Shown here in pieces: positions 1 through 13,802 of a stretch of DNA of 64,000 bases. Source of the DNA: Trichodelitschia bisporula (lineage: Eukaryota). Under the pieces are notes generated by a model. That model was not told where the DNA came from. It saw only the letters and a list, made by a program, of their open reading frames with translations, and ran no database searches. The position numbers and the translations under genes are program-made. How positions within the stretch are numbered: the first letter of the stretch is position 1; every line of letters begins with the position of its first letter. Location of the stretch: contig ML996688.1 in assembly GCA_010356995.1 (NCBI GenBank), positions 1,116,001 to 1,180,000 on the forward strand, read 5' to 3'.

Positions 1-909
1 GTCCCTCAATGCCTCTTCGAGTCGCACAATGGGCGGAATCTGCTTTTGAATAACGTCTTCTATCCACTCTTTGGCTTCACCGATATGACACAGATACTCG
101 TATGCCTGCAGAAATTGGCGTTGCTGGTCCATCCAGTTCCGTCCGGCCCAACCCGTGGCAGTCTTCTGGATGCGCACTGAATCTCCGCGCCGGAGCCGGT
201 GCCGGCCGTGCATGCCGACGACTTCCTCAGTCGAGGGCGTGATTGTAAGGCTGGCATTGTCGAACTTTGACAAGGTGCGCAGATGGTCCGTGGATGACTT
301 CTGAAGCTCCTTCAAGTCTGGCTTCTCGATATGGGGCGAAAAGTGGACATGATTTGACGTTGACTTGCCGCGCTCGTGCTTTGAATCGCGCACCGAGCCC
401 GACCGTCCCAGCGCATCGGAGCGAGCCACAACTATAGACTGCGGGCGCAGTTTAGGTGGAGGCGAGACGGCGCCATCGCCGGGTGATGATCTGTAGTCCT
501 CGACGCTGTGACTGCGCGAGTGCAGCGACGGTGCCTTGGTCTTCAAAGTCGGCGTCGAGAGCGGTGTGCTCGTCTGCGACCTAGAGAGCGGTTTCAACGA
601 CTGTCTAATGGACTGGTACGTTGCCGCAGGGCTGTTTCCCGTAGGACTGTATCCCGCGCTCGGACTTGGGCTGCGCATGCCATCGGCGGGTATGCGACTG
701 CTGGATGGCGTGGCGACCTCGCTCGCTCCGCGGCGACGGTTCAAGGCATTCTCCTTGGCTGCGGCTGCGGCGGATGCATTTGATGAGATGGTGCTTGATC
801 GACTAGGAGCTTCGGATGAGTTGGAGGATGCGGTGGAGGCATGGCGGAGTGGACTTGGTGCGTTTGTCGGGTGTCCGACGGCGGAACGGGGACGGGACGT
901 CAAATTCAT
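1..909 (-). CDS. IQGAP-family cytokinesis protein (Iqg1/Rng2-like), 5' part; continues past the window edge
   Basis: Minus frame from ATG at 909 is open to base 1. An S/T/P-rich N-terminus leads into WMDQQRQFLQAYEYLCHIGEAKEWIEDVIQKQIPPIVRLEEALRD, the start of the fungal IQGAP CH domain. A probable 5'UTR intron lies at 915-970. Confidence 0.85.
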   Translation of the reverse strand, partial: MNLTSRPRSAVGHPTNAPSPLRHASTASSNSSEAPSRSSTISSNASAAAAAKENALNRRRGASEVATPSSSRIPADGMRSPSPSAGYSPTGNSPAATYQSIRQSLKPLSRSQTSTPLSTPTLKTKAPSLHSRSHSVEDYRSSPGDGAVSPPPKLRPQSIVVARSDALGRSGSVRDSKHERGKSTSNHVHFSPHIEKPDLKELQKSSTDHLRTLSKFDNASLTITPSTEEVVGMHGRHRLRRGDSVRIQKTATGWAGRNWMDQQRQFLQAYEYLCHIGEAKEWIEDVIQKQIPPIVRLEEALRD

Positions 910-1823
910 GCCGACTGCGAGAAAGAGAGCGACACTGTCAGAGCAAGCGGGTCAAATCCATGTGTCGTACCGAAGATGGCCGCCGTTTGGGTCGCAGTGC
1001 TGGCAATGTTTGATGGTGTTGGTGGTGAGGGTGTGGGGTTATCGTGGACCAGGACTGTCAACCTGGTTGTGGAGGCAACGGCAGGTGACGGTTGGCGGAA
1101 AACAAGCGATGCCCTGTCTCCAAGTTCGTTGAAACAGAGAATTTATCCCCAGACAATGCGCCGTATTTCGGTCCCGCAAAGGAAAACGCAAAACGCTGAA
1201 GTTCAGAAGAAAGCGGAGCGAAGAGAATGTGCGACTGCGGGAAGTGTAATGGTTGGAGCAGGGTGGTGGGGAGCTGGAGGGTTGAGCTTCTTTTGGTGTT
1301 TATGTTTACCTTTCCGCCTTTCTTCCTCACAAAACCTCTGGTGGACAAGGGCAGAGACTGGGCTACACCGAGCGCACGGACCAATCGTAGGCCAAGTTTG
1401 CGACCCGCCTTTGTGCGCACAGCAACAGAGCCAACAACATGTCAACAGTTGCATCACCAATCCCATCCCATCCTCCTACATCTTCGTCTAAACTCTTGCA
1501 GTAGTGCGCACAATGGCCTCTACATTAACACCCACAGACGTGTGTCTAATCAGATGTCCCTCTTCTTTCTTCGCTCCCAACAATTGGAGTAATCAGTTTA
1601 GAACGGCCGCTCGATCTGGAGGAAGTGAGGCGTCAAGTCTCTCCCTGGGTTGAAGCCACTTCGGGAACAGGAAGCGCACGGCCATGATGCACTGCAGGGA
1701 CAGCGTTGCAAGAAACTCCCGAATCAGAGTAAATTAAGTACTGCGATCAGCTACCCCATACAAATGACCCCAAACACACCAACGCGTCTATCCTACTTCG
1801 CACATACTTGTACACGCTCTTCC

Positions 1824-3029
1824 CTACAGCTTAGCCTGCACCGGCCCCACCTGACTCTTCGCCTCTTCAATCAACCCCAGCGTAATGGCGGCGACGGGAT
1901 CCCGCTCCTGTCCGACCTGGTATGCAATCGGGCTGCTGGCCTGCCGCGAGGCGTAGCGCGCTGCAATGCCCTGGAAGATGATGACGTTTCGGTACATGGC
2001 GAAGGCCGTTCCCCAAGGGATGTCCGGCCGCGGGTCCCATCCTGCGAGGCTGGCGTACAGGTCGATGCACTCGGCACGCGTCGGCAGCCCGGCGAGCAGC
2101 TTTGACGGCGTGAACTCGATGCGCGAGTTGCGGCGCTGCTCGCGCGTGCGCGCCGTGATGGTGTACGGCTCGAGGAGGCAGCAGAGATCGGAGAGAGGAT
2201 GACCGATGGTGGACATTTCCCAACTGCAAAAGTTAGAAGGTATTTCGTCGCTTTCTTTGCTCGACTCACTCCAGGATGCCAATCACCCGCGGCTCCGTCT
2301 TGTGGTAGACGAGGTTGTCAATCTTGAAGTCACCGTGGATCAACGTTCCCCGGTCTTTCGGCTGAGTCTTCGTCTCCTTGAAGTACTCATTGAAGAACTC
2401 GGTATGCGGCACGAGACCGACAGCCTCACCCGTCTCAATGTCCTTGACCACCGCCTGGCTCTTGTTCAGCGTATCGAAGGTCGCGATCTGGCGGTTGTAG
2501 AAGCCAGTAGGCTTGCCAAACTTCTGCAGGCCGACGGCAGCCACGTCAACGGAGTGCAGTTTCGCGAGTGTCCGAACGGCATCCTTCCACATCTCGTTGC
2601 GCTCCTCGGGGCTAACATCGGGCATGTGCGGCTCCTCAATGATACGTCCGTCCAGGAACTCCATGATGTAGAACGCCGAGCCGATGACATTGTCGTCGGT
2701 GCAGAGGCCGTACGTCTTGGGCACCGGGACGTTGGTTTTCTCCAGTGCGTGCAGTACGCGGTACTCGCGGTCGACCTTGTGCGCCGACTTGTTGATCAGT
2801 GTGCCTGGGGGCTTCTTGCGGAGGACATATTTCTGCTTGTCGGCGGAGATCAGCTGGTATGTGGGGTTCGACTGCCCGAAGCCAAACTGTGCCTGTTAGC
2901 TGGCTATCTTTTTACTACGGCATAACTTACCTGCTTCACCGTCAACGGTGTCTTGATCTCCGGGACATTGGTGTTGAGATATCTCTCCAGTGACGGGATG
3001 TCGATCGGTTGCCTCACGGGACCGGCCAT
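1824..3029 (-). CDS. APH-family phosphotransferase, ACAD10/11 N-terminal kinase type (LvaA-like), peroxisomal
   Basis: Three exons: [10 protein letters not shown]...[12 protein letters not shown]...RKKPPG...HGDFKIDN, and [15 protein letters not shown]. Ends in PTS1 tripeptide -AKL. Confidence 0.9.
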
Positions 3030-3578
3030 TGTCAAGATGTAAGAATGATTTGATCGAGAGTTACAACTTGCAGTCTTCCTTTCTCCCAAATCCCCATGAT
3101 ATGCACCCTCTAGCCTAGTGTCCAACCTCCCATTCCCGCTCCCTCGCGGTCCGAGGATGAATTCGCCTACGCGCGGCCTGGACGCTTGGCCGAGCGCGAA
3201 GCGGGCGCGGTCCCCGGAATGCGCTATCGTGCCCGGGAGCCGGGTGTGCTTAACCGGCTCAGCCTCCCCGAAATAAGTGAATGCGGGTCCGCGCACCCAG
3301 AACTGGGCATGCTCATCCACATCGACTACTTTGCCACTAGGATAACAGCGGTCATTGAGCGCCGTGGACTAAGCGTGATGGCGCTAATGCCCCGCTGTGG
3401 GGTCGCTGCGAACTTCGGTTACCCCGCGACATGGGGTTGCTGAGAAAGGCTTGTGGAGACGGTTTCGCGGGTTCACGCGGGGAAGGGGTAGGGAGCGGGG
3501 AGCATTTGAGTGAACGCGTTTCCGGGTGCTGAGCTGATTTTTGGGTTAAGTTTTTTTGTTTGCTTTGGATTTGGAGCA

Positions 3579-4812
3579 ATGGTTGGTAAACACGCGCTTG
3601 TCTTTGGCGCCAGTGGCATCTCTGGCTGGGCCATCACGAAGGAGATCCTGCAAGGCTATCCCTCCCCCGATGTCTTCTCCAAGGTCACGGCGCTCACGAA
3701 CCGTCCGCTGAGCAAAGAGGCCAGTCTCTGGCCGGACAGCGAGAAGCTCCAGCTCGTCAGCGGGGTGGATCTGCTCACGGAGAAGGGACTGGAGGGTCTG
3801 GAAGCGGAGCTCAAGGAGCGGGTTAAGGATGTCGAGACCGTGACACACGTCTACTTCTTCGGTGCGCAGGCAATATCCCCTTCATGAGCCTCCGCTAACC
3901 GCCCGCAAAGCGTACGTCATGGACGAAGACCCTAAGAAAGAAATCGCCATCAACATCACCCTCCTCGAGCGCGCCGTCCGCTCCATCGAGCACCTCTCCC
4001 CTAAACTCGAATTCGTCGTCCTCCCCACTGGCACCAAACTCTACGGCGTACACCTCATCCGCGACTTCCCATTCAGCAACCAGCTTCCCCTCCGCGAAAC
4101 ACTCCCCGACATCCCGGAGCCCCACGCCAGCCAGATGTTTTACTACGACCAGCTGCGGGAGCTCAAGAACCTGAGCGAGGGGAAGAAGTGGACTTGGTGC
4201 GAGGTTGTGCCGGATATGATTGTGGGTTTCGTCCCGAATAACAACATCTACTGCCTTGCGCAGGCGCTGGCGCTGTACCTGTCCTTGTACCGCAAGCTTA
4301 ACGGCGAGGGCGCCGAGGTCCCGTTCCCCGGGACCGAGGATTCGTGGAGGATCTTGAGCAATGATTCGGGGCAGGACATCATCGCCCGGTTCAGCATCTT
4401 CGCCTCCTTGCACCCGGACAAATGCGGCAACGGCCGCCGGTTCAACGTCGCCGACAGCAACACCCCCAAGTCCTGGGCGGTGAAGTGGCCCGTCATCTGC
4501 GCGTTCTTCGGACTGAAGGGCGTGGCTCCGCCTCCGGGTGGGAGCGGCCCGCAGCCTATTCAGTATGTTGCTGATCACTTCGCCGAGTGGCAGAAGCTAG
4601 AGAAGGAATATGGGTTGAAGACCGGGCGGGCGGGGAATGGTCGCAGTTATAATGGGTTTCCGTACTTTATTATGACGATGTTTGATTTTGATAGGCATAT
4701 GAGCTTGAATGCTATGCATGAGGCGTGGGGGGGGGAGAGGGAGGAGACGGATGTTAAGGGGACGTGGTGGACGGCGTTTGAGAGGTTTAGGGAGGCGAAG
4801 ATTATTCCATAG
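3579..4812 (+). CDS. PRISE-family atypical SDR (progesterone 5-beta-reductase/iridoid synthase-like, SirQ-like) enone reductase, copy 1
   Basis: ALVFGASGISGW, TGTKLYG, FYYDQ, PDMIVGFVP motifs; one intron near 3862-3910. Confidence 0.85.
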
Positions 4813-5261
4813 ATTTTGGGGGGGGGATATGTTCGGTGTTTGAATGATATGCCAATGTCATGAACTCTGATGCTTCAGTTTACCATTTCTCCGCTTGATG
4901 CCACAAGAACGCCCCTGATCGTCCTGAATATCAACGAGCTCTAGGTATTCAGTCTGTAATCCGTCTATCTCAACCGCATAGAACATGCTTTCAAATATAA
5001 ACGGCAGCGGCTGGTCGAGTTGTCCTCGTTGTCGATGGTGTCACAGCCCAGCCTTGCTGCCGTCGGGGCTGACAAATTTGCCCAACCAGCCTCGTGCATC
5101 CTGGGACGTGGACGATGAGGTCGTTGATCAACAAGGCACAGCACAAGGCACAGCACAGTCATCATCCAGTCCTCAGATGCCAGTCATGTTCCATTCAAGG
5201 TTCAGATGCAATTATCAGAAAAGTATATACATAAAGCCGCTCTCGCCCCACAACCCCACAT

Positions 5262-6678
5262 CTAAAAGTCTGTCGCACCATACTTGACATACTCAACCCC
5301 CCACTTCTTGCACAACTCCTGGTGCCTCTTCTGATACGCCAGATGCCGCTCCTTAAACCCCCCCGCCGTCTTCATCTGATCCCGCCCAACCTGATGCCTA
5401 TGCGCCGAATCCGGCCCATCCGCCACCCTCACAAACCGCGCATAAGTCCACATCTCCGGCAGCGCCGTATGCTGCGTCAACCCCTGCCCGCCATACATCT
5501 GCATACACTCATCGATAACCTTCGTCGCCACATTCGGCACCAAAATCTTGCACTGCGCAATCACATACCGCCCCGCCTTGCCGCCCAGGATATCAATGGT
5601 GTCCGCGGCGTTCAGGACGAGTTGCCGCATGCTGTCGATCTCCATGCGCATGCTCGCGATCCGCTCGATGTTGCTGTCGAACTCGCCGATTAGCTTGCCG
5701 CGAGGCTTCTTTTGCGGCTCGATGCAGCGGATCAGCGCGAGCTCGTACGCCCGCTCCATTTGCCCGACCAGCCGCATGCAGTGGTGGATACGGCCCGGCC
5801 CGAGCCTGCCCTGCGCGATCTCAAACGCTCGCCCGGGCCCGAGGATGATGTTCTCGATAGGCACGCGCACGTTGTCGTACACATACTCGCCATGTCCCTC
5901 CGGCGCATGGTCATACCCCATAATCGTGATATTGCGCACCATCGTCAGGCCCTTCGCGCGCGACGGGACTACGACCGTGGTATGCCGCTTCCAAGGGTCG
6001 GGGTTGGTGGGATCGGAGCACCCCATCAAGATGTAGATGCCGAGATCGGGGTTGGCTTGCGAGTTACCGTAGAGTTTGCGGCCGTTGATGATGACTTCGG
6101 AGCCTTCGATGCGCATGCTCAGGCCGATGTTCGTGGCGTCGGAGGAGGCGACGTCCGGCTCGGTCATGCTGTAGGCGGAGGACATGGTACCGTCCATGAG
6201 GGGTTTGAGCCAGCGCTCCTTCTGCTCGGGGGTGCAGTATTTGGCGAGGAGCTCAATGTTGCCGGTTTCGGGGGCGTGGCAGTTCATCGTCTGCGGGGAT
6301 TAGCCTACGCTTCTGGGTTCAATTGAAAGGGTGAGAACGCACCTGCGCAGCCCAATAACACCGCCCCATAATCTCAGCACAGCACGCATACTCGAGATTC
6401 GTAAGCCCAGGGCTCTCCTTGAAGTGGTTCGGCAGGAAGAGATTGAACAGGCCCTGGGCCTTCGCTTTCTTGCGCAGCTCCTCGATCAGCGGCGGGGTCG
6501 TCCAGTGCTTGCCTGCGACTGCGAGCTGGGCCTTGACGACGGGCTCTGCGGGGACGCATTCTGTCTCGACCCAGTCGTGCACTTTTTGGATGGTTTCGAT
6601 GGCGTTGGGGCGGAGCTTTGCCTTGACCCAGGGAGGGATGCGGTTGAAGGCGGGGTTGTTGTCCATTGAGACGGTCAT
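5262..6678 (-). CDS. Acyl-CoA dehydrogenase, ACAD10/11 C-terminal type (LvaC-like)
   Basis: GLTNLEYA, NCHAPETGN, MTEPDVASSDATN, AQGRLGPGRIHHCMR, RVADGPD (Asp at the position of the usual catalytic Glu, as in ACAD10/11); one intron near 6291-6342. Confidence 0.92.
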
Positions 6679-7210
6679 TGTGGCGGCTCGTCAGGTAGAA
6701 TGTGAGATGGAGAGATGGCGTGAGAGTGATGATGAATTGCAAGACTGCGTGAGGATGTTTTATGAAGCTCTCTCCATCGCGCATCTCAACACAGCCTGTA
6801 GTCGGCTACGAGCCGCAAACCAGGGACGCGCCGAGGCGTGGCTGGCACCATGGTGGCCGAGGGCATGAGGTTGGACGTGGGTGAACATCTCCGTTCCGAC
6901 TTCCGAGAATACCGCCGACGTGAAGATCAGGCCTGTGGTTGGCTGTGCGATCGCTGGGCCCCGGACTCCACATTTTGACGAGCCGCTAGCCCTGTTTGAA
7001 CTGCTGATCAGGGTGCGAGGCTGGAACTGCGGAGACACACCCTGGCTCCGAGTTATACTACGTATGTGGAGACTTTATGCCGGCTACGCAGCTGGTGGGA
7101 TATTAATGAGGCTGAAGCTCCCCGCAGAGGCGGGGTAGTTTGTCACTCTTGCCTGAGACTGATCCCGCATCCAACGATATCCCCTCCTTAATCACATCCT
7201 CAGTATCAAA

Positions 7211-8321
7211 ATGGCAGATGAAGGCTTCGCCGCGCCCTGGGTGGCCGTACGTCCCCCACCCAGCTCTCTCTCCCCAACTAACCCCTTCAGTTCGAGAAAG
7301 AACTCGGCCAACGCCCCCTCCTCAAAGGCGGCCTCGAAGCGGTCTTCAAAGCCTGGGCCGCCCTCGGCGGCGCCCTCGTCTCAAAGTACACCTTCCCGGC
7401 CCCCGACCCCTCCGTCAACACAAAGGACCAAACCCTTCCGAACTCCAGCCTCAAAATCCGCATCTACACGCCCAAGGGCTACGACTCCAGCAATCCGAAG
7501 CCGGTAGGTCTGTACATCCACGGCGGCGGCTGGGCAATGGGCGACCTCGACGCCGACGACGCGACGTGCCGCGCCATCGCCGCCGGGGCTGGCGTCGTGC
7601 TCGTGTCCGTGGACTACCGGCTTGCACCGCAGAACCCGTACCCGGCGGGATTGGACGATTGTGCAGCGGCATTTCGGTGGATGCTGGAGAATGCGCGCGC
7701 CCTCGGCGGGGTAGAGGGGAAGGTGTGGACAGTGGGCGCCAGTGCCGGGGGAGGGTCGGCGCTTGGACTTGCGCTGAAGCTGGTGGATGAGGGGTTGGGA
7801 GACAAGGTAGCGGGGATTGTGAGCCAGGTGCCTGTTACGGTGCATCCGGATGCTGTGCCCGAGAGGTTGAGGGGCGAGTATACGAGTTATGAGGAGCATA
7901 AGGAGCACACGGTTAATTCGAAGGAGGCGATGTATACGTTTTGGAGTAAGTGGTTTCGTTGGGGCTTTGCGGGATGCGTGCTGACGGTTTAGATGCGTAT
8001 GGCGCGCCGCCGACGGATAAGTATGCGAGTCCGTTGCTGCATCCGAAGCTCGCGGAGCTGCCGAAGACGTACATCACTTGTGCGGGGCATGATACACTGC
8101 GGGATGATGCGAGGCTTATGAGGGCCGAACTGGAGGCCAAAGGGTGAGTTGGTTGAGACTGCGAAGAGACAGTGTTTAACAAGCATAGGGTTCCGGTCAA
8201 GTACGATGAGTTCCCCGGCTATCCGCATTACTTCTGGACGTTCCCGTCTGCGCAGTTGAAGGAGCCGGCGTCGGAGTACATTCGGAAGCTGGTGGCGGGC
8301 GTTGCGTTTGTCCTTTCGTAG
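7211..8321 (+). CDS. HSL-family alpha/beta hydrolase (esterase/lactonase)
   Basis: HGGGW oxyanion motif, DYRLAP, GASAGG nucleophile elbow, GHDTLRDD, GYPH; three introns; TAG at 8319-8321. Confidence 0.88.
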
Positions 8322-8960
8322 GCTACTGTAGATAGCAAATCGAACAAGCGGCGATTACGGCTGTATCGTCGACCCAAGATTGAGTGTGAAATGCCCAGGC
8401 GCCCCGCCCAGAATGCGAGGCCTAGCTAGCGTTGTTGTTGTGCATGCAGTAAAATCTCCAGTCTTCAAAATCTCATGACCTCACCCCTGCTCCCCCACAA
8501 AAGCTCGGGCGCCTTCTGCAAATCCTTTTCCGGTGGCACTGGCAACGCCGCCCGGGTGCCACGTTTGCAGCGGGAGGCGTTCCCAGGATGTTGACTCGTG
8601 TATGCAGATCAGATGGCATCCCTGTCTGCTAGCGGATGTCAGTGGTCGGCTTCGTTACCCATCGCGGGGCTGGGGTGAACTGCTGATGGTGGGGTCAAGT
8701 TGCTTATCCCTCCGTTGTGGTTTCCCATTATGATCCGGTGGAGGGGAGCTGTCGCTTGTGTTTCTCCTGGGTCCGGATGTGTTCTGTGGGAGGCGCGGCG
8801 TGGAAGAGTCGAATCTGTAGTCACAGGAACTGAGATGGAGGGGTGTGGGCCATGGCGAGCCATGGCAGTCCCTCATATAGGTGATGGAGGTTGAAGAGCC
8901 TGACCATCACGGTTTCCTACCAAACCCCCACTCATCAATCATCCAAAGACAGACATCAAG

Positions 8961-10064
8961 ATGAAGGCCGGCCAATTCGACTTCGTACGTCTTCCAAACC
9001 CTGATGTCCCAATCCTAACAACCCCCAGGCGACCAAAAAAGCCGTCGTCAACGATGTGCCCATCCCAGAGCCGGGCCCCAACCAGGTCCTAATCAAAGTC
9101 AAATCCGCATCGCTCTGCCATAGCGACCTGATGCCGGACTTCCGCCCGGAGGGCCCGCCGCGAACAATGGGCCACGAAGGCGTCGGCGTGATCACGAAAC
9201 TCCACCCCTCCGTCGAGGGCCGCGACTTCAAAGTCGGCGACCACGTCGGCGCCGGCTACTTCGTCGACGCGTGCTTCAAGTGTGATGGGTGCTTGACGCA
9301 CAACATGCTGTGCCAGACGAAAACGCCACGGCTGCAGGGTTTCATCGCCGATGGGTTCTTCGCTGAGTATGCGATTGTGGAGTATGAGAACTTGGCGGTG
9401 CTGCCGAAGGAGGTGGATCTTAGCCGGTATGCGCCGGTTTTCTGCGCTGGTATTACGGGTAGGTGGGCTTGGGGTTGGGGGGATTTCGGCTGACGGTGTA
9501 GCTTTCCATGCTGTTGATTCTTGCGAGCTGAAGCCGGGCGAGTGGCTCGCTGTTATCGGGTGCGGTGGCCTCGGACAGCTGGCGACGCAGTATGCTAAGG
9601 CGATGGGGCTGAAGGTCGTGGGTATTGATGTCAATGACACGACGCTCGAGGTCACGAAGGCACAAGGCGCAGACGCGATTTTTAACTCTCGTTCGAACCC
9701 GAACTACGTCGCTGAGCTGAAGAAGCTTACAGATGGGGGCGCGCACGCGGCGGCTGTGTTCAGCGATGCGGATGCGGCGTATGCGCATGCGCCGGAGGTG
9801 TTGCGTCTCCGAGGCTTGCTGATGGTGGTTGGCTTGCCGAAGAATCCGCTGAAGATTACAGCGGTGGATTTGTGCATTGGGAAGTATAGAATTAAGGGCG
9901 AGAGCACGAGCATTCCGCAGAGGATGAAGAAAGCGGTTGATTTCACAGTTAAGCATGGCATTTTGCCAGAAGTGGAGTTCAGAAAGCTTGAGGAGTTGCA
10001 GGATATGATTGATGAGATGACGGAGGGCAAGGCGACCAAGCGTATGGCGGTGGTGTTTGACTGA
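8961..10064 (+). CDS. Zn-dependent medium-chain alcohol dehydrogenase
   Basis: LCHSD, GHEGVG, structural-Zn CxxCxxC...C, FCAGIT, GCGGLG; two short introns. Confidence 0.92.
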
Positions 10065-10505
10065 GTATGTACTTTGGATATCACGACACGAATGAAAACA
10101 TGCTTCAATGAGACAGATGAGAAATGACTGAAGCGGCCAAGCATCGCCAGAATAACCAAGATCCACTGTCGGCCATTAGCTTGAACTACCCCACACAGCC
10201 CCGCCGCTCGATCCGTGCCGGAAATATGGGTCCGAAGAAACACTACCAGAAAGCGACTTCATACATCGCAGCAATGCGTCAGGGCAAGATGATCGACCTC
10301 ATGATACTGTACCCCGCATACTGTGAGGAAGGATGCATACCGATTGCCATGCGTGGGCGATCCCCATGACTGCTTTCCAGCAACCTGGCTCCCTAACACG
10401 GCAGAAGGACGTCTGGAGGGCGTATATCAACTCGACATCAGCGCATCTGTAACGGACTACCAGAATCAGATTCACCTCCTTCAACGCCTAGTACATCTGC
10501 CCATC

Positions 10506-11171
10506 ATGACCCACGCAAAGATCGATCACAAATTCAGCTACGATGAGCTCGCCTACGACACTCCGAAGAACTACCAGCGTACGTCCATCGCTGTATTCTC
10601 ACGCCTCTAACACTCCCAGCCTGTGTCAAGCTTTCCTTCTTCTTCAACAAGTTACCCAATGTCTCGTACGAGCACTTCCATCGCCACTGGGAGACGGTGC
10701 ATGCGGACCTTGCCATCTCGGCTAGAGAGTTTGGGCTGTGCGGTCTGAAGCGCTATTCTCAAGTACAACTTCCCCCCAGTTAGCAGGATGTGCGATTCTG
10801 ACCTAGTACAGCACCACCAAACGCCCGACTTCAAGGAAAAGGTCACGGCGTTAGGCATGGATCTGATGGACTACGACGGCTGCTCGGAGATCTGGGTTCG
10901 GAGCATGGACGACTGGGAGCGCTTTTTCAAGGTGCGCCTCATAGCGCGCCACCGCATTTCGGGCCTTTTCTTCGCTTCACACTGCTGACGACCCCACTAG
11001 AGCCCCGAGTACAACGCCGCTATGTCGAAGGATTGTGCGAACTTCATGGGCATGCCTATCCGTGTTATGGCGGGGAGGGAGCATCTGGTGTTCGGGAAGG
11101 CGATTCCCGGCTTGGATGGGACGGATGGAATAACGGTGCATAAGGCGACACATGGCCAGAAGGAGGGGTAG
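10506..11171 (+). CDS. EthD-domain (dimeric alpha-beta barrel) protein
   Basis: Spliced reading MTHAKIDHKF...FFFNKLPNVSYEHFHRHWETVHADL...DYDGCSEIWVRSMDDWERFFK|SPEY...DCANFM fits the EthD pattern; about three introns, with approximate boundaries. Confidence 0.72.
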
Positions 11172-11835
11172 AAGGCCTAGAGCTGGCGGTCGAAATTCTT
11201 GGATGGCGATGCAGCTCGAGATTCGAGCCATATGGTTCCTGGGAGAAGCAGGGATGGAGGATTGTGGCAGTTAGCCGAGTACGTTGAAGTGGAAGTCACT
11301 CTGGACTCAGCCAATGCTTAGACAACCGCGCTACTTCCTCGCCGTGCTCATGACTTACCCCGGAATCAAGATGACAGTAGCGCGTTACCCCACTCCTCAC
11401 TCAGTGCCAAAACTCTATCGTCCACCATCGGGCCCGTTAACCTTTACCCTCACCGCACCGTCACCTTAGGCTGTATGTACCAAGCCTGGCTTGCATTCAG
11501 TATGCACAAGGCTGAAATTCCAATTGGCCGGTCCCTCACAACGCTTAGGACACGGTTGGAAAACAACAACCGACCCAACCTCCTCAGGCCGCACGCGACA
11601 CGCTAATGTCCCGTCTCCACGGCCACCGGCCTTACCCCAGACTACGCTTCGAGCGCCACCTCCGACCCCATGGGGAACGCAGAAGGCTAGCCTGCGTGTT
11701 CGGCGAGGCGATCGGTGTAAAAAAGTTGAAATATCAGGCCTTCCCAGTCGGTGAAAGAACTGTTGCCGCCTCCTCTTGCTTGTGAGGACTCGTTGCTGCT
11801 CAATTCACAACCCATACGTCCGCAGATACTCAATT

Positions 11836-13802
11836 ATGGCGGCCGGTTCAACGGACTCAGTGTCCATCCACGGCCGCGACCCCGAGAAGCTACAAGCGGA
11901 GAAGATCGAGGACCCGCATGTTGTCGAAGTGCAGCGCCCGGAAGAAAATGAGAGAGTCACGGCAAAGACATGGCTCGTCATCTTTGTACGCTGGGCCCCT
12001 ATCGTGACAAGCTTGAACTGACTCTCAGGTTCTCTCCTCAACCTTCGGTCTCTCTTTCTGGCCTGTCCCCACGACAGGCGCCATGCAAACCGGTCTAGGG
12101 GCTCGCTGGGGGGACATCACATCAACTTACTGGTACAGTATGTACGTCCCTCCTTGCAGCGTTAAGATACTGATGAGCTAGTTCCGGCCTACACGACGGC
12201 TAACGCGCTCGGCTTCCTGCTCGCTGGTGCGAACAGTGACATATTTGGTCGCCGGCTATTCCTGTATGTCTCAGTCCACAGGGGAGATTTAGCTGACATC
12301 CCAGCCTCGCCGGCAACGTCATCTGCTGCCTTGGGTTTATCCTCAGCGCAACCGCAAAGGAGCCAATGCAATTGTACGTCCCCTACTCAACCACCACCTC
12401 CACAGCTAACCGGACAGTACCGCTGGTCTTGCCGTTACCGGCTTTGGGGGCGGCGCCTGTCAAATGGCCATGTGCTCGATCCCCGAGTTGATGCCGAACA
12501 AGTACCGACACATTGGAATCTGCATAAGCGACGGCTTCGTCTTCGTCATCGTGGTCATCGGGCCCGTCGTCGGGCGCTACGCCATCGACACCACTGACGG
12601 CTGGAAGTACATCTACTGGGGCGGCTTTGTCGCACAATTCTGCAGCTTGGTCGCCCTGGCCTTGCTCTACTATCCCCCGCGGCACCCGAAGGGCGTGCCC
12701 TGGAAGGAGGGACTGCGCGGCCTGGACTACGTGGGCTCTGTGCTTGTTGTGCCGGGCATTTGCGCAGCGCTCGTCGGCATCATCAACACGACATACAAGA
12801 GCAGCACGGATCCGAGCGTCATCGCACCAATTGTCGTTGGCTTTGCACTGCTGATTGCGTTCGGCTTCTGGGAGAACTTCGGCGGTGTCAAGTACCCGCT
12901 CTGCGAGCCGGCTATCTTCCGCAGCAACTACGGGCGGGAATTTACGGTGCCGTTCGTTATCGCTTTTATCGTCACCATGTTCTACTACGCCATCAACATC
13001 ATCTACCCGACCATGATCAACGTCTTCTACGTCACTCCAACAACCTCCCGAAGCGAGACGTTGCTCCTGACTCTCCCCGGTAACCTGGGTCTTGTGTTCG
13101 GTGCCATGCTCCTCATCTGCTTCGGCAACCTGATCGGCCATTGGAAAATTACCCTGGTCGTCTCATGGGCGGGCATGTGCTTCTGGGGCGGGATGATGGC
13201 CCTCGTCACTCCTACTAACAAGGGCATGATGATCGCATTCACTTTCCTCGAGCAGACCTTCTTCGGCTGGGCGCAGTACGAATCCGTCGCTTTCACCCAG
13301 CTGGGCGTCAAGCAAGTTGACCTTGGTATGAGCGGCGGTCTTGCGGGCGTGGCTCGCTATGCCGGCGGGAGTCTGGCACAGGCCATTTATGTCAGTATCA
13401 TGACGAATGTGCAGACCAAGAAGGCCGCGGAGCTGCTGCCCAAAGCCGCTATTGCTGCGGGTATCACACCTGCCAACGCGCAGAAGCTGCTTGCCGCCTT
13501 CCCTCTGGGAGCAACGGCCATTGGTGCCGTCGACGGCGCGAATGACACGGTGTTGGCTGCCGCGACCGAGGCGTGGAAGTGGAGCTATGCGCATGCGTTG
13601 AAGGTCACTGCGCTGTCGTCGCTGAGTTTTGGCGGCATTGGACTGATTCTCTGCTGCTTGTGCGAGAACATTGATCACAAGATGAATGAAAATATTGAGG
13701 TGTTCCTTGAGTAAGTACCTCGTTGCGTGGATGGCGGAGCTTTTGCTGACTTAATGCAGGAACGATATTAATGCGGATAAGAACGCTGCGGCGACGCATT
13801 GA
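11836..13802 (+). CDS. MFS transporter, TRI12-like (fungal trichothecene efflux pump family)
   Basis: Many hydrophobic segments; SDIFGRR, GWKYIYW, YYPPRHPKG, LDYVG motifs; several short 5' exons and one 3' intron. Confidence 0.88.

Noticed and set aside
536..1491. Plus-strand ORFs of 198 and 216 aa
   Set aside because: They overlap the IQGAP gene and its leader on the opposite strand and show no motifs.
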